DNA of 64,000 nt from Flavobacteriales bacterium (GTDB lineage: Bacteria; Bacteroidota; Bacteroidia; Flavobacteriales_C; CBFIFL01), in assembly GCA_965661855.1 (NCBI GenBank), contig CBFIFL010000001.1:20182-84181 (forward strand). The letters run 5' to 3'. The notes beneath the pieces were generated by a model. That model did not search any database and had not been told where the DNA came from. It worked only from the letters and a program-made list of their open reading frames with translations. The position numbers and the translations under genes are program-made. Positions 1 to 9,876 of the stretch are shown piece after piece (position 1 is the first letter of the stretch; each line of letters opens with the position of its first letter).

Positions 1-921
1 GCTTTAAGAATTGCTCAAACAGTTACTGGTGAAGGTACCGTTGTAGCCTTAGAGCAAGGTTATCATGGAAATACGCAGCGTATGATTGAAGTAAGTCATT
101 ATAAGTACGGAGCGAAAGGAGGTTTTGACAAGAAGTCGGATGTGTTAAAGGTACCAATGCCATGGAACTATTCGGTAACTCACGGAGGGAATGCCAAGGA
201 CTATCTGATGTCTGAAGCTAAAAAAGATATAGCGGGAACTTCCGTTGGAGCTTTTATTGCGGAACCAATTGTGGGTTGCGGCGGACAGTTGGAGTTGCCA
301 GACGGTTACTTGGGTGAGATGTATGAACTGATTCGATCAAAAGGAGGTTTATGTATATCCGATGAGGTTCAAACAGGATTTGCGAGGACAGGTAAAAGCT
401 GGTGGGGTTATGAAGCTTATGATGTTATTCCAGATATAGTAGTTTTAGGAAAGTGTATTGGAAACGGACACCCTATGGCGGCGGTAGTAACCACTTCTGG
501 GATCTCTGAAAAATTCACAAACGGTATGGAATTCTTTTCTTCTTTTGGAGGGAATCCTGTTTCATGCGTAAATGGAAATGCTGTGTTAAAAGTCTTAAAG
601 GAAGAGGAGCTAAAAGAGAATGCTAATAAAGTAGGAGACTATTTAAAGCAGGGACTCCAAGGCATTGCAAAAAAGTATAAAGGAGTTGGAGTGGTGCGAG
701 GTTCAGGATTCTTTTTAGGTGTTGAATTAGTCGATGAGAAAGATCCATCACTTCCGAATACCGATTTATGTCAAGCAGTTAAGAAAAGCATGTTCAATGA
801 TCAAATACTGGTAGGTTCAGATGGACCAGCAGATAATATTTTAAAGATCAAACCTCCAATGTGTTTTACAATGGAAAATGCAGATACTTTTTTGAAATCA
901 TTTGAAAAGGCGTTTGTTTAA
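1..921 (+). CDS. Class III (PLP-dependent) aminotransferase, 5'-truncated by the window edge (GABA/ornithine aminotransferase or ethanolamine-phosphate phospho-lyase-like)
   Basis: The reading frame is open from base 1 (ALRIAQTVTGEGTVVALEQGYHGNT...) and continues into the listed ORF 82..921. Conserved class-III aminotransferase C-terminal region (DEVQTGFARTGKSWW, KxxGNG). Stop at 921. Confidence 0.75.
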   Translation, partial: ALRIAQTVTGEGTVVALEQGYHGNTQRMIEVSHYKYGAKGGFDKKSDVLKVPMPWNYSVTHGGNAKDYLMSEAKKDIAGTSVGAFIAEPIVGCGGQLELPDGYLGEMYELIRSKGGLCISDEVQTGFARTGKSWWGYEAYDVIPDIVVLGKCIGNGHPMAAVVTTSGISEKFTNGMEFFSSFGGNPVSCVNGNAVLKVLKEEELKENANKVGDYLKQGLQGIAKKYKGVGVVRGSGFFLGVELVDEKDPSLPNTDLCQAVKKSMFNDQILVGSDGPADNILKIKPPMCFTMENADTFLKSFEKAFV

Positions 922-985
922 TTAGCTGATTTGTTAATTTCTAACACAATCATTAGCTAATCAACTAATTAATCAAATCAGCAAA

Positions 986-2377
986 TTATCTCGATTCCCA
1001 CCCGTACTTGTCAACCAGGTATATCATCGATGCAATAGAAGCAGCACCTAACTCTAGTTCTCTTTGATTAACTGTTTCAAAAACATCTTTATCCGAGTGG
1101 TGATAGTCAAAATAACGTTGTGAGTCTGGTATGAATCCACACATAGTAACCGTGTCTTGCTTTTCTTTAATTGGTTTGATATCTACACCTGCATATCCTT
1201 TCTTGTAAAGGTGAAGTCCGTACGGACTCAATAAACCAGACCAAGATTGGATCTTGTATACGTCTTCTTCTAATGTTGCATCGATACTGAATCCTCTTGG
1301 AGAAAATCCTCCTCGGTCAGATTCTAAAGCGAAGTATTGGTACTCTTTTTTAGCTGCAGCTTCTTCCGCATATTTCTTTCCACCACGATTCCCATTCTCT
1401 TCATTCATGAACAAAACACACCTAATAGTAAATCTAGGCTTGTATCCAGATTCCTTAATTAAACGCATGGCTTCAATACAGTGAACGATACCTGCTCCAT
1501 CATCGTGAGCTCCTTCTCCTACATCCCAAGAATCAAGGTGTCCACCAATTATGATAACTGAATCAGGTTTCTCACTTCCTGTGATTTCTCCAATAACATT
1601 GTATGAAACAGCATCAGGTAAACTTGAGCACGAAAGACTCAAATTAACCATGCACTTACCTTCTTTTTTTACGATTTGATTAATTGCATTAGCATCATCT
1701 GTTGATACGGCAGCAGCTGGTATTTTTTGTCCGTAATCACCATAATCCATGACTCCTGTGTGTGCATGTTCGTCTGTATTATGAGTCAGAGATCGAACTA
1801 GAACTGCAACAGCACCATACTTTACCGCTTCTTTAGCTCCGGCCCATCTTTGATCAACGCATCCACCATAAGCGCTAAAAGTGTCTATCAGTTTAGCATC
1901 CATCGGACGGTTAAATAGAACAATCTTTCCAGAAAAATCTGATTCGGGTCTGGTAGAAAGTTCTTGAATAGATTCTACCACTACCACTTCAGCAGTAATT
2001 CCTTTTGGAGGAGTTCCAATTGAACCACCAAGTGCTTTGATGTTCATTGGTTTGTTTCCAACTAAATACGAATCCATGATATTTGCTCTTTCTCTTTGTC
2101 CACGCTTCCAAACAGGAACTAGAATTTCTTGACGATATACCTTATCTAGATTTAAATCTTTTAACGTCTGTTCTCCCCAGTTAATAGCTAAATCAGCTTG
2201 AGGTGATCCGCTTAAACGAGCTCCAATTTCTTTACATAAGTATTCTAGATTTCCGTAACACTTCCCATTGGTAAGTACTTCGTCATAAATAGAACGAATA
2301 AATAACGAGTCTTCTTTTTGGGCAAAAGAAAAGCTTGAAGTAAAAAGAACTATTAAAAGTGTAATATACTTGTACAT
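986..2377 (-). CDS. M28 family zinc aminopeptidase with signal peptide and PA-like insert
   Basis: N-terminal signal peptide. M28 metal-ligand motifs (HLDSWDVGEGAHDDGAG, NEENG). Length 463 aa. Confidence 0.7.
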   Translation of the reverse strand: MYKYITLLIVLFTSSFSFAQKEDSLFIRSIYDEVLTNGKCYGNLEYLCKEIGARLSGSPQADLAINWGEQTLKDLNLDKVYRQEILVPVWKRGQRERANIMDSYLVGNKPMNIKALGGSIGTPPKGITAEVVVVESIQELSTRPESDFSGKIVLFNRPMDAKLIDTFSAYGGCVDQRWAGAKEAVKYGAVAVLVRSLTHNTDEHAHTGVMDYGDYGQKIPAAAVSTDDANAINQIVKKEGKCMVNLSLSCSSLPDAVSYNVIGEITGSEKPDSVIIIGGHLDSWDVGEGAHDDGAGIVHCIEAMRLIKESGYKPRFTIRCVLFMNEENGNRGGKKYAEEAAAKKEYQYFALESDRGGFSPRGFSIDATLEEDVYKIQSWSGLLSPYGLHLYKKGYAGVDIKPIKEKQDTVTMCGFIPDSQRYFDYHHSDKDVFETVNQRELELGAASIASMIYLVDKYGWESR

Positions 2378-2419
2378 GACTCAAAATTTGAGTTCAAAAT
2401 ACAAAAAGACTATGAAAGA

Positions 2420-2887
2420 TTAGGCAGTTTGAATACGCATCGCAACAGTCTCCACCTGAATAGATTTTTGTTGTTGCTTATTTAGCCAGTTAACAGCGTT
2501 GTCTGTATTTCTAAATAACCTGAATTTGAATTGAGGTCTTCTCAATAACATCATTGTGCTAAGTGTGATTCGCTTGAAAAGAGAAGTAGTAACTATGGCG
2601 TGATAATCTGTAGTACAGCCAAAGTCTGGAGAACAATAATAATCACAAATTCTTTTCGAAGCACCGAAAGACCCATGGAAGTATATGATCAGTGAATCTC
2701 TAACAACTCCTCTTCTGTGTAATGCCTGAGCTACTTCAACTAAATCAGCTATTTCTAACTGGATTTTGCGTTTTACAGACACAACAGTAAATTGATGGTT
2801 GATCGAAATCTCTGAACTTCTAGTGTGAACCGTTGGATGCTCCGAAACAATTTGTGATACCATTTTACCTTTATGTTTACCTGTCAC
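2420..2887 (-). CDS. Hypothetical protein (155 aa), no confident family assignment
   Basis: ORF with protein-like composition. No motif recognised. Confidence 0.35.
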   Translation of the reverse strand: MTGKHKGKMVSQIVSEHPTVHTRSSEISINHQFTVVSVKRKIQLEIADLVEVAQALHRRGVVRDSLIIYFHGSFGASKRICDYYCSPDFGCTTDYHAIVTTSLFKRITLSTMMLLRRPQFKFRLFRNTDNAVNWLNKQQQKSIQVETVAMRIQTA

Positions 2888-3085
2888 TAAGGTATTGAAT
2901 AAGAGGTGTTAACCGGTGGTGAGGGATCCAAAGTTATTGACAAATACTATGTTAATTACTCTAAATTATCTGGTGCTAAAAAGAAGGTTTTCGGCTGTAT
3001 CACTTGTTGTATAAGGAAAGGTTATAGTGTGAATAACTTGCAAGCAGTCTTGAAATAAGCTATCTTGCTGCGCGAATAAAATATT

Positions 3086-4081
3086 ATGAGAACTTTTGTT
3101 TACCTAATAATAGTTTTTCTGTCAAGTTTATTTATTTCATCTACTAGTCCAAAATTGGAAAAAAGTAGAGTAACGAATAAACAAAGTACACTTGAAGTTT
3201 TGATCGAAAATGGGGAATTTGATGAAATCAATGTAAACTTGGATAAGCTTACTGATATTCAAATTAAATGGATGATCGATACATTGTTTACTTCTGATAG
3301 TATTCCTTTAGATTTCGTTACGGATTTAAAAATCCATTTAGCACAGCGCACTGCTCAAACTCAAATTTCAGAATACCCAGCAAACGAATTATATAATAGC
3401 TGGAACACGGAGAAAGCAAACCCTTATGGTTTTAAGCTTTGGCAAAAAGATAGTTTCAATTCATTGGATCTTTTAGATGATGAGTTCTCTTGTACCTATG
3501 TTCACCCTTTTAAAGGAGTGGTTACTTCTTGGTTCGGACACAGAGATGGTCGTCAGCATAAAGGAATCGATATTGATTTAGTGACGGGTGATTCAGTTCG
3601 CTCTTGTTTTACTGGTAGGGTTAGAGTTGCAAAAAGACATGGTGCCTACGGGAATTTAGTAGTAGTTAGGCACTATAATGGTTTGGAAACTTACTACGCT
3701 CACTTATCTAAGTTAATGGTTAGGCCAGGAGATGTGGTGGACCCAGGTTTTGTTATTGGTCTTGGTGGAACGACAGGTAGATCAACAGGTAGTCATTTGC
3801 ATTTTGAAGTTAGGTATAAGGGGATTGCTGTAAACCCAGCTGGAATAATCAATTTTAGACAACACCGACTTATTTCAGATTCGGTAAAAGTTAGAAAGAC
3901 TAAATACGGTTATGCTTCTTATCCTTTAGGAAAGGAATTTCATACAGTGAAAAGAGGAGATTACCTTTTTAAAATCGCAAATCAGTATGGAGTTACCATT
4001 AATGAGCTTTGTGCTTGGAATGGTTTCAGAAGAAATAAAGCGTTGAGATCAGGTCAGCGTATTCGTATTGAACCGTTATAG
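3086..4081 (+). CDS. M23 family peptidase with C-terminal LysM domain (cell-wall endopeptidase-like)
   Basis: Signal peptide. M23 motifs HKGIDIDL and GSHLHFEVR. C-terminal LysM (KRGDYLFKIANQYGVTINELCAWNG). Confidence 0.8.
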   Translation: MRTFVYLIIVFLSSLFISSTSPKLEKSRVTNKQSTLEVLIENGEFDEINVNLDKLTDIQIKWMIDTLFTSDSIPLDFVTDLKIHLAQRTAQTQISEYPANELYNSWNTEKANPYGFKLWQKDSFNSLDLLDDEFSCTYVHPFKGVVTSWFGHRDGRQHKGIDIDLVTGDSVRSCFTGRVRVAKRHGAYGNLVVVRHYNGLETYYAHLSKLMVRPGDVVDPGFVIGLGGTTGRSTGSHLHFEVRYKGIAVNPAGIINFRQHRLISDSVKVRKTKYGYASYPLGKEFHTVKRGDYLFKIANQYGVTINELCAWNGFRRNKALRSGQRIRIEPL

Positions 4082-4141
4082 TTATTACTTTGTAATATCA
4101 GTAAATTGAGGGTGTTTTTACTTTTCCACTAACCACTAACC

Positions 4142-4894
4142 CTAAATATTCTGTTTCACAATTTTCATGAACTTAGAAGCATAAACGAATTCGTTTACTT
4201 CAGGATTATCTGTCTTTAAGATTTCCTCTTTGCTTCCATTCCACCATAATTGTCCTTCATGAATAAAAGAAATATGGTCACCTATTTCAATCACTGAGTT
4301 CATGTCGTGAGAAATGACAACCGTTGTCATGTTGTATTCTTCGGTGATGTCTTTAATCAAGTTATCAATTACAATGGAGGTTCTTGGATCTAGACCAGAG
4401 TTTGGTTCATCACAGAAAAGATATTTAGGGTTCATTGCAATGGCTCTTGCAATAGCAACACGTTTTTGCATTCCTCCCGAAATCTCTCCAGGATATAAAT
4501 GATTGGCATTGCTGATATTCACTCTATCTAAACAGAAGTTAACTCGATCTAGTTTTTCTTCTTTAGTCATGTCAGTAAACATGTCTAAAGGGAACATGAT
4601 GTTTTCTTGAACAGTTTGAGAGTCAAATAACGCTCCAGCCTGAAAAAGCATCCCGATTTCTTTTCGAACATCCTTTTTCTCATTGAAAGACATTTCAAAA
4701 AAGTTTTGTCCATCATAAAGAACTTGACCTTGATCAATATCTAACAGACCAACTAGACACTTAAATAAAACAGATTTTCCAGCTCCTGATTGACCGATAA
4801 TCATGTTTACTCTTCCTTGTTGAAGATCTACATTGATATCTTTCAGAATCTCTCTTCCATCAAAACCTTTGTATATTCCTTTCGCTTCTATCAT
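4142..4894 (-). CDS. ABC transporter ATP-binding protein, MlaF/Ttg2A-like
   Basis: Walker A GQSGAGKSV, signature ISGGMQKRVAIARA, Walker B LFCDEP, H-loop. Overlaps the upstream permease by 4 nt. Confidence 0.8.
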   Translation of the reverse strand: MIEAKGIYKGFDGREILKDINVDLQQGRVNMIIGQSGAGKSVLFKCLVGLLDIDQGQVLYDGQNFFEMSFNEKKDVRKEIGMLFQAGALFDSQTVQENIMFPLDMFTDMTKEEKLDRVNFCLDRVNISNANHLYPGEISGGMQKRVAIARAIAMNPKYLFCDEPNSGLDPRTSIVIDNLIKDITEEYNMTTVVISHDMNSVIEIGDHISFIHEGQLWWNGSKEEILKTDNPEVNEFVYASKFMKIVKQNI

Positions 4895-5643
4895 TGCAAT
4901 AATAGTTGAGTTAAGATTACATCAAAAAGAAGAATAGCAATACTAGAGTAAACAACTCCTTTGGTAGATGCTGAACCAACTTCTAAAGCTCCTCCTTTTG
5001 TCATGAACCCATGATAAGAAGATACACTTGAAATGATAAAGGCAAATACTACCGTTTTAAGTAAAGCGAAAATTACGTTGAAAGGAACAAATCCATATTG
5101 GATTCCATCGATGAAATCTTGTCCAGTAACTGCTCCTGTCGTGATACTAGCAATGTATCCTCCTAGTACTCCTAAAAACATAGATAGGATAACTAAGAAT
5201 GGATTAATAATAACGGATGCTATAATTTTTGGTGCAATTAAAAAGGCAGCTGAATTAACTCCCATGATTTCAAGTGCGTCTACCTGTTCCGTTACTTTCA
5301 TGGTACCTATTTCAGATGCCATATTCGATCCTACTTTTCCTGCCAATATTAAACTGATAATAGTTGGAGAAAAGGCTAAGATCATTGAATCTCTTGTTGC
5401 AACACCTTCAGCGTATGACGGTACCCAAGGACTTTCAAATCCGTAAGCAGACTGAATAAGGATTACAGCTCCCATGAAAACGGAGATGATGGAAACAATC
5501 CCCAAAGAGCCTAAACCTACCTTGTCAATTTCTTTAATAACCTGCTGCCAGTAAAGCGCTTTGCTTTCAGGTCTACCGAAAACTCTTTTCAGTAGTATGT
5601 AATAAAGTCCTAAATGATTGAATATATTTAACATCCGTAGCAA
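4891..5643 (-). CDS. ABC transporter permease, MlaE family
   Basis: Polytopic membrane protein of about 250 aa immediately upstream of the MlaF-like ATPase and translationally coupled to it. Confidence 0.75.
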   Translation of the reverse strand: MLRMLNIFNHLGLYYILLKRVFGRPESKALYWQQVIKEIDKVGLGSLGIVSIISVFMGAVILIQSAYGFESPWVPSYAEGVATRDSMILAFSPTIISLILAGKVGSNMASEIGTMKVTEQVDALEIMGVNSAAFLIAPKIIASVIINPFLVILSMFLGVLGGYIASITTGAVTGQDFIDGIQYGFVPFNVIFALLKTVVFAFIISSVSSYHGFMTKGGALEVGSASTKGVVYSSIAILLFDVILTQLLLQ

Positions 5644-5726
5644 TGATTCTCTGCTAATTTACAATTAAGTAACGAATGCTGTTAGAATGTGTTGTGTAGT
5701 TATTCGTGACAGACTGTTAATATCTG

Positions 5727-6338
5727 ATGAAAGCAACAAATAAACTGGATTTCTGGAAAACATTAGTACACCCACATAGCTTGTTGGCTTTTGAGGAAAT
5801 CGTTGAGCAACACCCGGTTTTAATCAAAGTATCTGCTTCACGAAAATCAAAATATGGAGATTTTAGAGCTTTTCCTGGAGATAGAAAAGACACCATTTCA
5901 GTTAATGGAAATTTGAATGAATCTTCTTTTATGTTAACGTTGATTCATGAATTAGCACATAAGTTAACCTGGGATGAGTTCAAACGATCAGTTGATCCTC
6001 ATGGAAAAGAATGGAAGAATAACATGCAAAAGCTTTTAGAAGTCTTTTTGGAATTAGAAGTCTTCCCTGGAAATCTATCCGCAGCTATCAAACGTCATAT
6101 TCACGATTGGAAAGCGGTAAGCATAAGGATGAAGGAAGTATATGAGGTGTTGATGGTGTTAGAAGGGAAGGAGCTAGTGAGTTTAGATGAACTAGCATTC
6201 AATGCAATATTTCAAACGGAAGATGGAAAACGCTTCGTTAAAGGAGAAGTCTTAAGGAAGTACGTTATCTGCACATCACTTGAAAATAAAAGACAATATA
6301 AGGTTCACAAACACTTACTGGTTGAAGTAATTAATTAA
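5727..6338 (+). CDS. SprT-like zinc metallopeptidase domain protein
   Basis: HExxH motif (LIHELAHKL) in a roughly 200-aa SprT-like layout. Confidence 0.55.
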   Translation: MKATNKLDFWKTLVHPHSLLAFEEIVEQHPVLIKVSASRKSKYGDFRAFPGDRKDTISVNGNLNESSFMLTLIHELAHKLTWDEFKRSVDPHGKEWKNNMQKLLEVFLELEVFPGNLSAAIKRHIHDWKAVSIRMKEVYEVLMVLEGKELVSLDELAFNAIFQTEDGKRFVKGEVLRKYVICTSLENKRQYKVHKHLLVEVIN

Positions 6339-6383
6339 GACATAACCGCTATTTGTTTCTTATTTTTGCCCACTTAATAAGTA

Positions 6384-7478
6384 TTGATTTTCATGGAAAA
6401 TAATTACTGCGTAATCATGGCTGGAGGAATCGGAAGTAGATTCTGGCCAATGAGCAAAACAGATCGCCCGAAACAATTTATAGATGTACTAGGAGTTGGT
6501 AAATCTTTAATCCAAATCACTTTTGATAGATTAAGAAAAATCGCGCCTGCTGAAAATATTTTCGTGGTGACAAATGAGAGTTACACAGACTTGGTAAAAG
6601 AACATTTACCAGAGTTAGGTGACGATCAAATTTTAAACGAACCGTTAAGAAGAAATACAGCACCTTGCGTTGCATATGCTGCATATAAAATCAGAGAAAT
6701 TAATCCGAATGCAAACATGGTGGTGGCTCCAAGCGATCACTTGGTTTTAAATGAGGAAGAGTTTACTCGTGTTATCTTAAAAGCATTAGATGTTACTAGT
6801 CAGTCTGGTAATCTAGTTACACTTGGTATTCAGCCAAACAGACCAGATACTGGTTATGGTTATATCCAAGAAAGTACGGAAGCTTTAAGTATCGATGAAG
6901 AATTCAAAAAAGTAAAAACGTTCACAGAAAAGCCTGAGCTAGAAATGGCTAAGTTTTTCTTAAGCAGTGGAGATTTCTACTGGAACTCAGGAATATTTGT
7001 TTGGAACGCATCAACTATAATCCAATCTTTTGAGCAACACTTACCTGATATGGCAGAGTTGTTTGAAAACGGACGTGATAAGTATTCAACTCATCAAGAA
7101 GTCTCTTATTTGGAGGAGATCTACGAGGTATGTACAAACATCTCGATTGATTACGGAATCATGGAGAAGTCTGATAACGTTTATGTTCTTCCATGTGAAT
7201 TTGGTTGGTCTGATTTAGGTACTTGGGGATCTCTGTACGATAGATTAGAAAAGGATGAATTTCAAAATGCTGTAGCTGGTAAGAAGGTAAGATTATACGA
7301 TTCTACTAACTGTGTAGTAAATGCACCAGCTGATAAGTTGATTGTGTTACAAGGATTGAATGACTACATCGTTGTTGAATCGGATAACGCATTATTGGTT
7401 TGTCAGAAAGAAAACGAACAGAAGATTAAGCAGTTTGTTAAAGACTTGAAATTAGAGTTCGGAGAACAATACGTTTAA
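6384..7478 (+). CDS. manC: Mannose-1-phosphate guanylyltransferase (GDP-mannose pyrophosphorylase)
   Basis: N-terminal nucleotidyltransferase motif CVIMAGGIGSRFWPMS. Length 364 aa, typical of ManC/CpsB. Confidence 0.75.
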   Translation: MIFMENNYCVIMAGGIGSRFWPMSKTDRPKQFIDVLGVGKSLIQITFDRLRKIAPAENIFVVTNESYTDLVKEHLPELGDDQILNEPLRRNTAPCVAYAAYKIREINPNANMVVAPSDHLVLNEEEFTRVILKALDVTSQSGNLVTLGIQPNRPDTGYGYIQESTEALSIDEEFKKVKTFTEKPELEMAKFFLSSGDFYWNSGIFVWNASTIIQSFEQHLPDMAELFENGRDKYSTHQEVSYLEEIYEVCTNISIDYGIMEKSDNVYVLPCEFGWSDLGTWGSLYDRLEKDEFQNAVAGKKVRLYDSTNCVVNAPADKLIVLQGLNDYIVVESDNALLVCQKENEQKIKQFVKDLKLEFGEQYV

Positions 7479-7483
7479 TTGAA

Positions 7484-8284
7484 ATGAAAAGACTAACTAA
7501 GACTTTAAAAGGATTGTGGGAGATTGCTAAAAACCCATGGTTGTTGAATAAAGTTTTAGAACAGGATGATGTTTGGTTCAAAACCTTGGAAAAAAGGTAT
7601 GGTCTAACCAATACTTTCCCAGTTATTAATTGCAAGCAATTCTTTAAAAAGGATAGCTTAAACACTTTTGGTTTTCTAGGTGGAGGATCCTTACCAACCG
7701 ATATTCTATTATTAAAGTCATTAGCCGCTTCAATTGAGAACTGTTCTTATTTTGAAATTGGTACTTGGAGAGGAGAGAGTGTTATCAATGTTGCGGATGC
7801 AGCAAAAGAGTGCTACACTTTAAACCTATCCAAACAAGATATACTAGACTTAGGTCTGAACGAAAAGTATGCTGATTTGCACGCTTTCTTTTCAAAAGGA
7901 AAAGAGAATATTACACACCTGCATGGTAACTCATTGAATTTTGATTTCACTGGATTGAACAAAAAGTTTGATTTGATCTTTATTGATGGGGATCATCATT
8001 ATGAGATGGTGAAGAACGATACCAAAAGAGTATTTGAAAGTTTAGTACATGATAATACCATAGTAGTTTGGCATGATTATGCGCATACGCCTGAACAGGT
8101 TAGAGGCGAGGTAATGGCCGGTATTTATGAGGGAGTTCCTGCCGATCAAAGAAAACATTTATACCATGTATCGAATACAATGTGTGCGATATATATCAAA
8201 GGGGATTTTGATACTTATTCTTTAGAATATCCAGATACACCGATACATAAATTCAGATTAGATATTTCTTTAGAAGACCTTTAG
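7484..8284 (+). CDS. Class I SAM-dependent methyltransferase-fold protein (CmcI/TylF-like O-methyltransferase)
   Basis: Motif FIDGDHHYEMV typical of the CmcI/TylF family. Lies 6 bp after manC, so probably co-transcribed. Confidence 0.45.
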   Translation: MKRLTKTLKGLWEIAKNPWLLNKVLEQDDVWFKTLEKRYGLTNTFPVINCKQFFKKDSLNTFGFLGGGSLPTDILLLKSLAASIENCSYFEIGTWRGESVINVADAAKECYTLNLSKQDILDLGLNEKYADLHAFFSKGKENITHLHGNSLNFDFTGLNKKFDLIFIDGDHHYEMVKNDTKRVFESLVHDNTIVVWHDYAHTPEQVRGEVMAGIYEGVPADQRKHLYHVSNTMCAIYIKGDFDTYSLEYPDTPIHKFRLDISLEDL

Positions 8285-8331
8285 TTCGTTTCTTTTAAAA
8301 CGAATCGAATATGAAAAATTCACTTCTTTTA

Positions 8332-8649
8332 TTATCGATCATCTTCTTCATCAGAATATCCGATTACAATGTTCGCTCTAGGGTTAGATTTGAATGTTTC
8401 TTTAATAATTTGTACCGATTCTTTTCTGTCTTTTTCGCTTGCTATAAACATGAATGTGAATGCAGAAAGAAGAGTTAACCTAAAGACTGTAAAAGTGTTG
8501 CTAATTCTTACCTCGGTAGTTGGTGTTTTAACAACAATGTATTTTGTTACAGGCGGTTTAGGAGAAGAAATGATGTGTGGATATGCTACAACAGCTTTTC
8601 TTTTTGGATTCTTTTTGACAATAATACATAGAGAAAAGTAAAAGTTCAT
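8332..8649 (-). CDS. Hypothetical small protein (105 aa). Strand assignment is uncertain because a hydrophobic ORF overlaps it on the plus strand (8369..8641).
   Basis: The minus-strand ORF has a more protein-like (K/E-rich) composition than the overlapping plus-strand ORF. Neither has a recognisable motif. Confidence 0.25.
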   Translation of the reverse strand: MNFYFSLCIIVKKNPKRKAVVAYPHIISSPKPPVTKYIVVKTPTTEVRISNTFTVFRLTLLSAFTFMFIASEKDRKESVQIIKETFKSNPRANIVIGYSDEEDDR

Positions 8650-8733
8650 CTAGCCTTAATGAATCAGTTTTAGAATATGTAGTTCAACACCCTTGCTTTT
8701 ACTTAACTTTGCAATTCATATAAATAATGTCTT

Positions 8734-9846
8734 GTGGGAAAATTTGAAGATTTAGGAGTAAGAAAAGAATTTGTAAAAGGATTAAAAGAGTTAAACATCA
8801 TTAATCCTACAGAGATTCAGGAAAAAGCAATTCCATTATTAATTTCAAAAGCAGGAGATTTAGTTGGTCAAGCACAAACAGGTACTGGTAAAACAGCGGC
8901 GTTTGGTTTACCACTTTTACATAAGATTGACACTAAGAGCAAGAAAGTTCAGGCTTTGATATTGTGTCCGACTAGAGAGCTAGGGCAGCAAGTTGCAAAG
9001 CAATTGTTCAAGTTCACTAAATACTCAGATAGAATTTTTACAGAGGCAGTGTACGGTGGAGAAAATATCGAAATTCAGATTGGTAAACTAAAGAGACCTA
9101 CACACATTATTGTAGCAACTCCAGGTAGATTATTGGATTTAATCCGAAGAAAAGCAGTGGATATTAGACAAGTTAAAACGATTGTTTTAGACGAAGCTGA
9201 TGAAATGCTAAGTATGGGATTCAAAGAAGAACTAGAAGCAATACTAACAGGAATCAAATCTGCAGAAAGCAGATGGTTGTTCTCAGCTACTATTTCAAAA
9301 GACATCAACGATATCATATACAACTACCTTTCTAGAAGCGCGCATAGAATCGCAATCGCATCTGAAAATGTAGTTAACCAAAATATCAAGCATGAATTCT
9401 TAGCTTGTAAAGACGCTGATAAATTAGAGAACATTCTAGCTTACTTAAGTTCACAAGATGAGAGCAGAGGAGTGATTTTCTGTAAGACAAAAGCAGAGAC
9501 TCAGAAATTAGCAGAGCAGCTAAAAAGCAAAGGTGTTTCAGCTGATGCCATCAACGGTGACTTAAAGCAAAAGGAAAGAGATAAGGTAATGAGAGCTTTC
9601 AAAAACGAGAGTTTACAAGTCTTAATCGCAACAGACCTTGCAGCAAGGGGAATCGACATCGAAGACCTAGCATACGTAGCTCATTACTCCATGCCAGACA
9701 AAGCTGAATACTACACGCATAGAAGTGGTAGAACAGCAAGAGCTGGAAAAACAGGAACATCTATTTCGTTTGTAAATAACAAAGAATTAAAAAGCTTAAA
9801 GATCTTCCAAAAAGAGTTGGGATTTAAGCTGAATGATTTGGGGTAG
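8734..9846 (+). CDS. DEAD-box ATP-dependent RNA helicase
   Basis: Q-motif region, Walker A AQTGTGKT, DEAD box VLDEADEM, SAT, HRSGRTAR. Apparent GTG start at 8734. Confidence 0.85.
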   Translation: MGKFEDLGVRKEFVKGLKELNIINPTEIQEKAIPLLISKAGDLVGQAQTGTGKTAAFGLPLLHKIDTKSKKVQALILCPTRELGQQVAKQLFKFTKYSDRIFTEAVYGGENIEIQIGKLKRPTHIIVATPGRLLDLIRRKAVDIRQVKTIVLDEADEMLSMGFKEELEAILTGIKSAESRWLFSATISKDINDIIYNYLSRSAHRIAIASENVVNQNIKHEFLACKDADKLENILAYLSSQDESRGVIFCKTKAETQKLAEQLKSKGVSADAINGDLKQKERDKVMRAFKNESLQVLIATDLAARGIDIEDLAYVAHYSMPDKAEYYTHRSGRTARAGKTGTSISFVNNKELKSLKIFQKELGFKLNDLG

Positions 9847-9876
9847 TTGTATCATTAGGAGCTATTACATTAGTCA

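Noticed and set aside
1254-1484. Numerous short ORFs from the six-frame track nested inside or antisense to long genes (for example 1254..1484, 4314..4502, 5033..5446, 7030..7218, 9075..9323, 11886..12092, 14248..14640, 18028..18243, 29861..30223, 35639..35887, 41410..41601)
   Set aside because: Each lies entirely within a longer ORF that has strong family-level motifs. Their compositions are the low-complexity or hydrophobic pattern expected from antisense or off-frame translation of AT-rich coding DNA.
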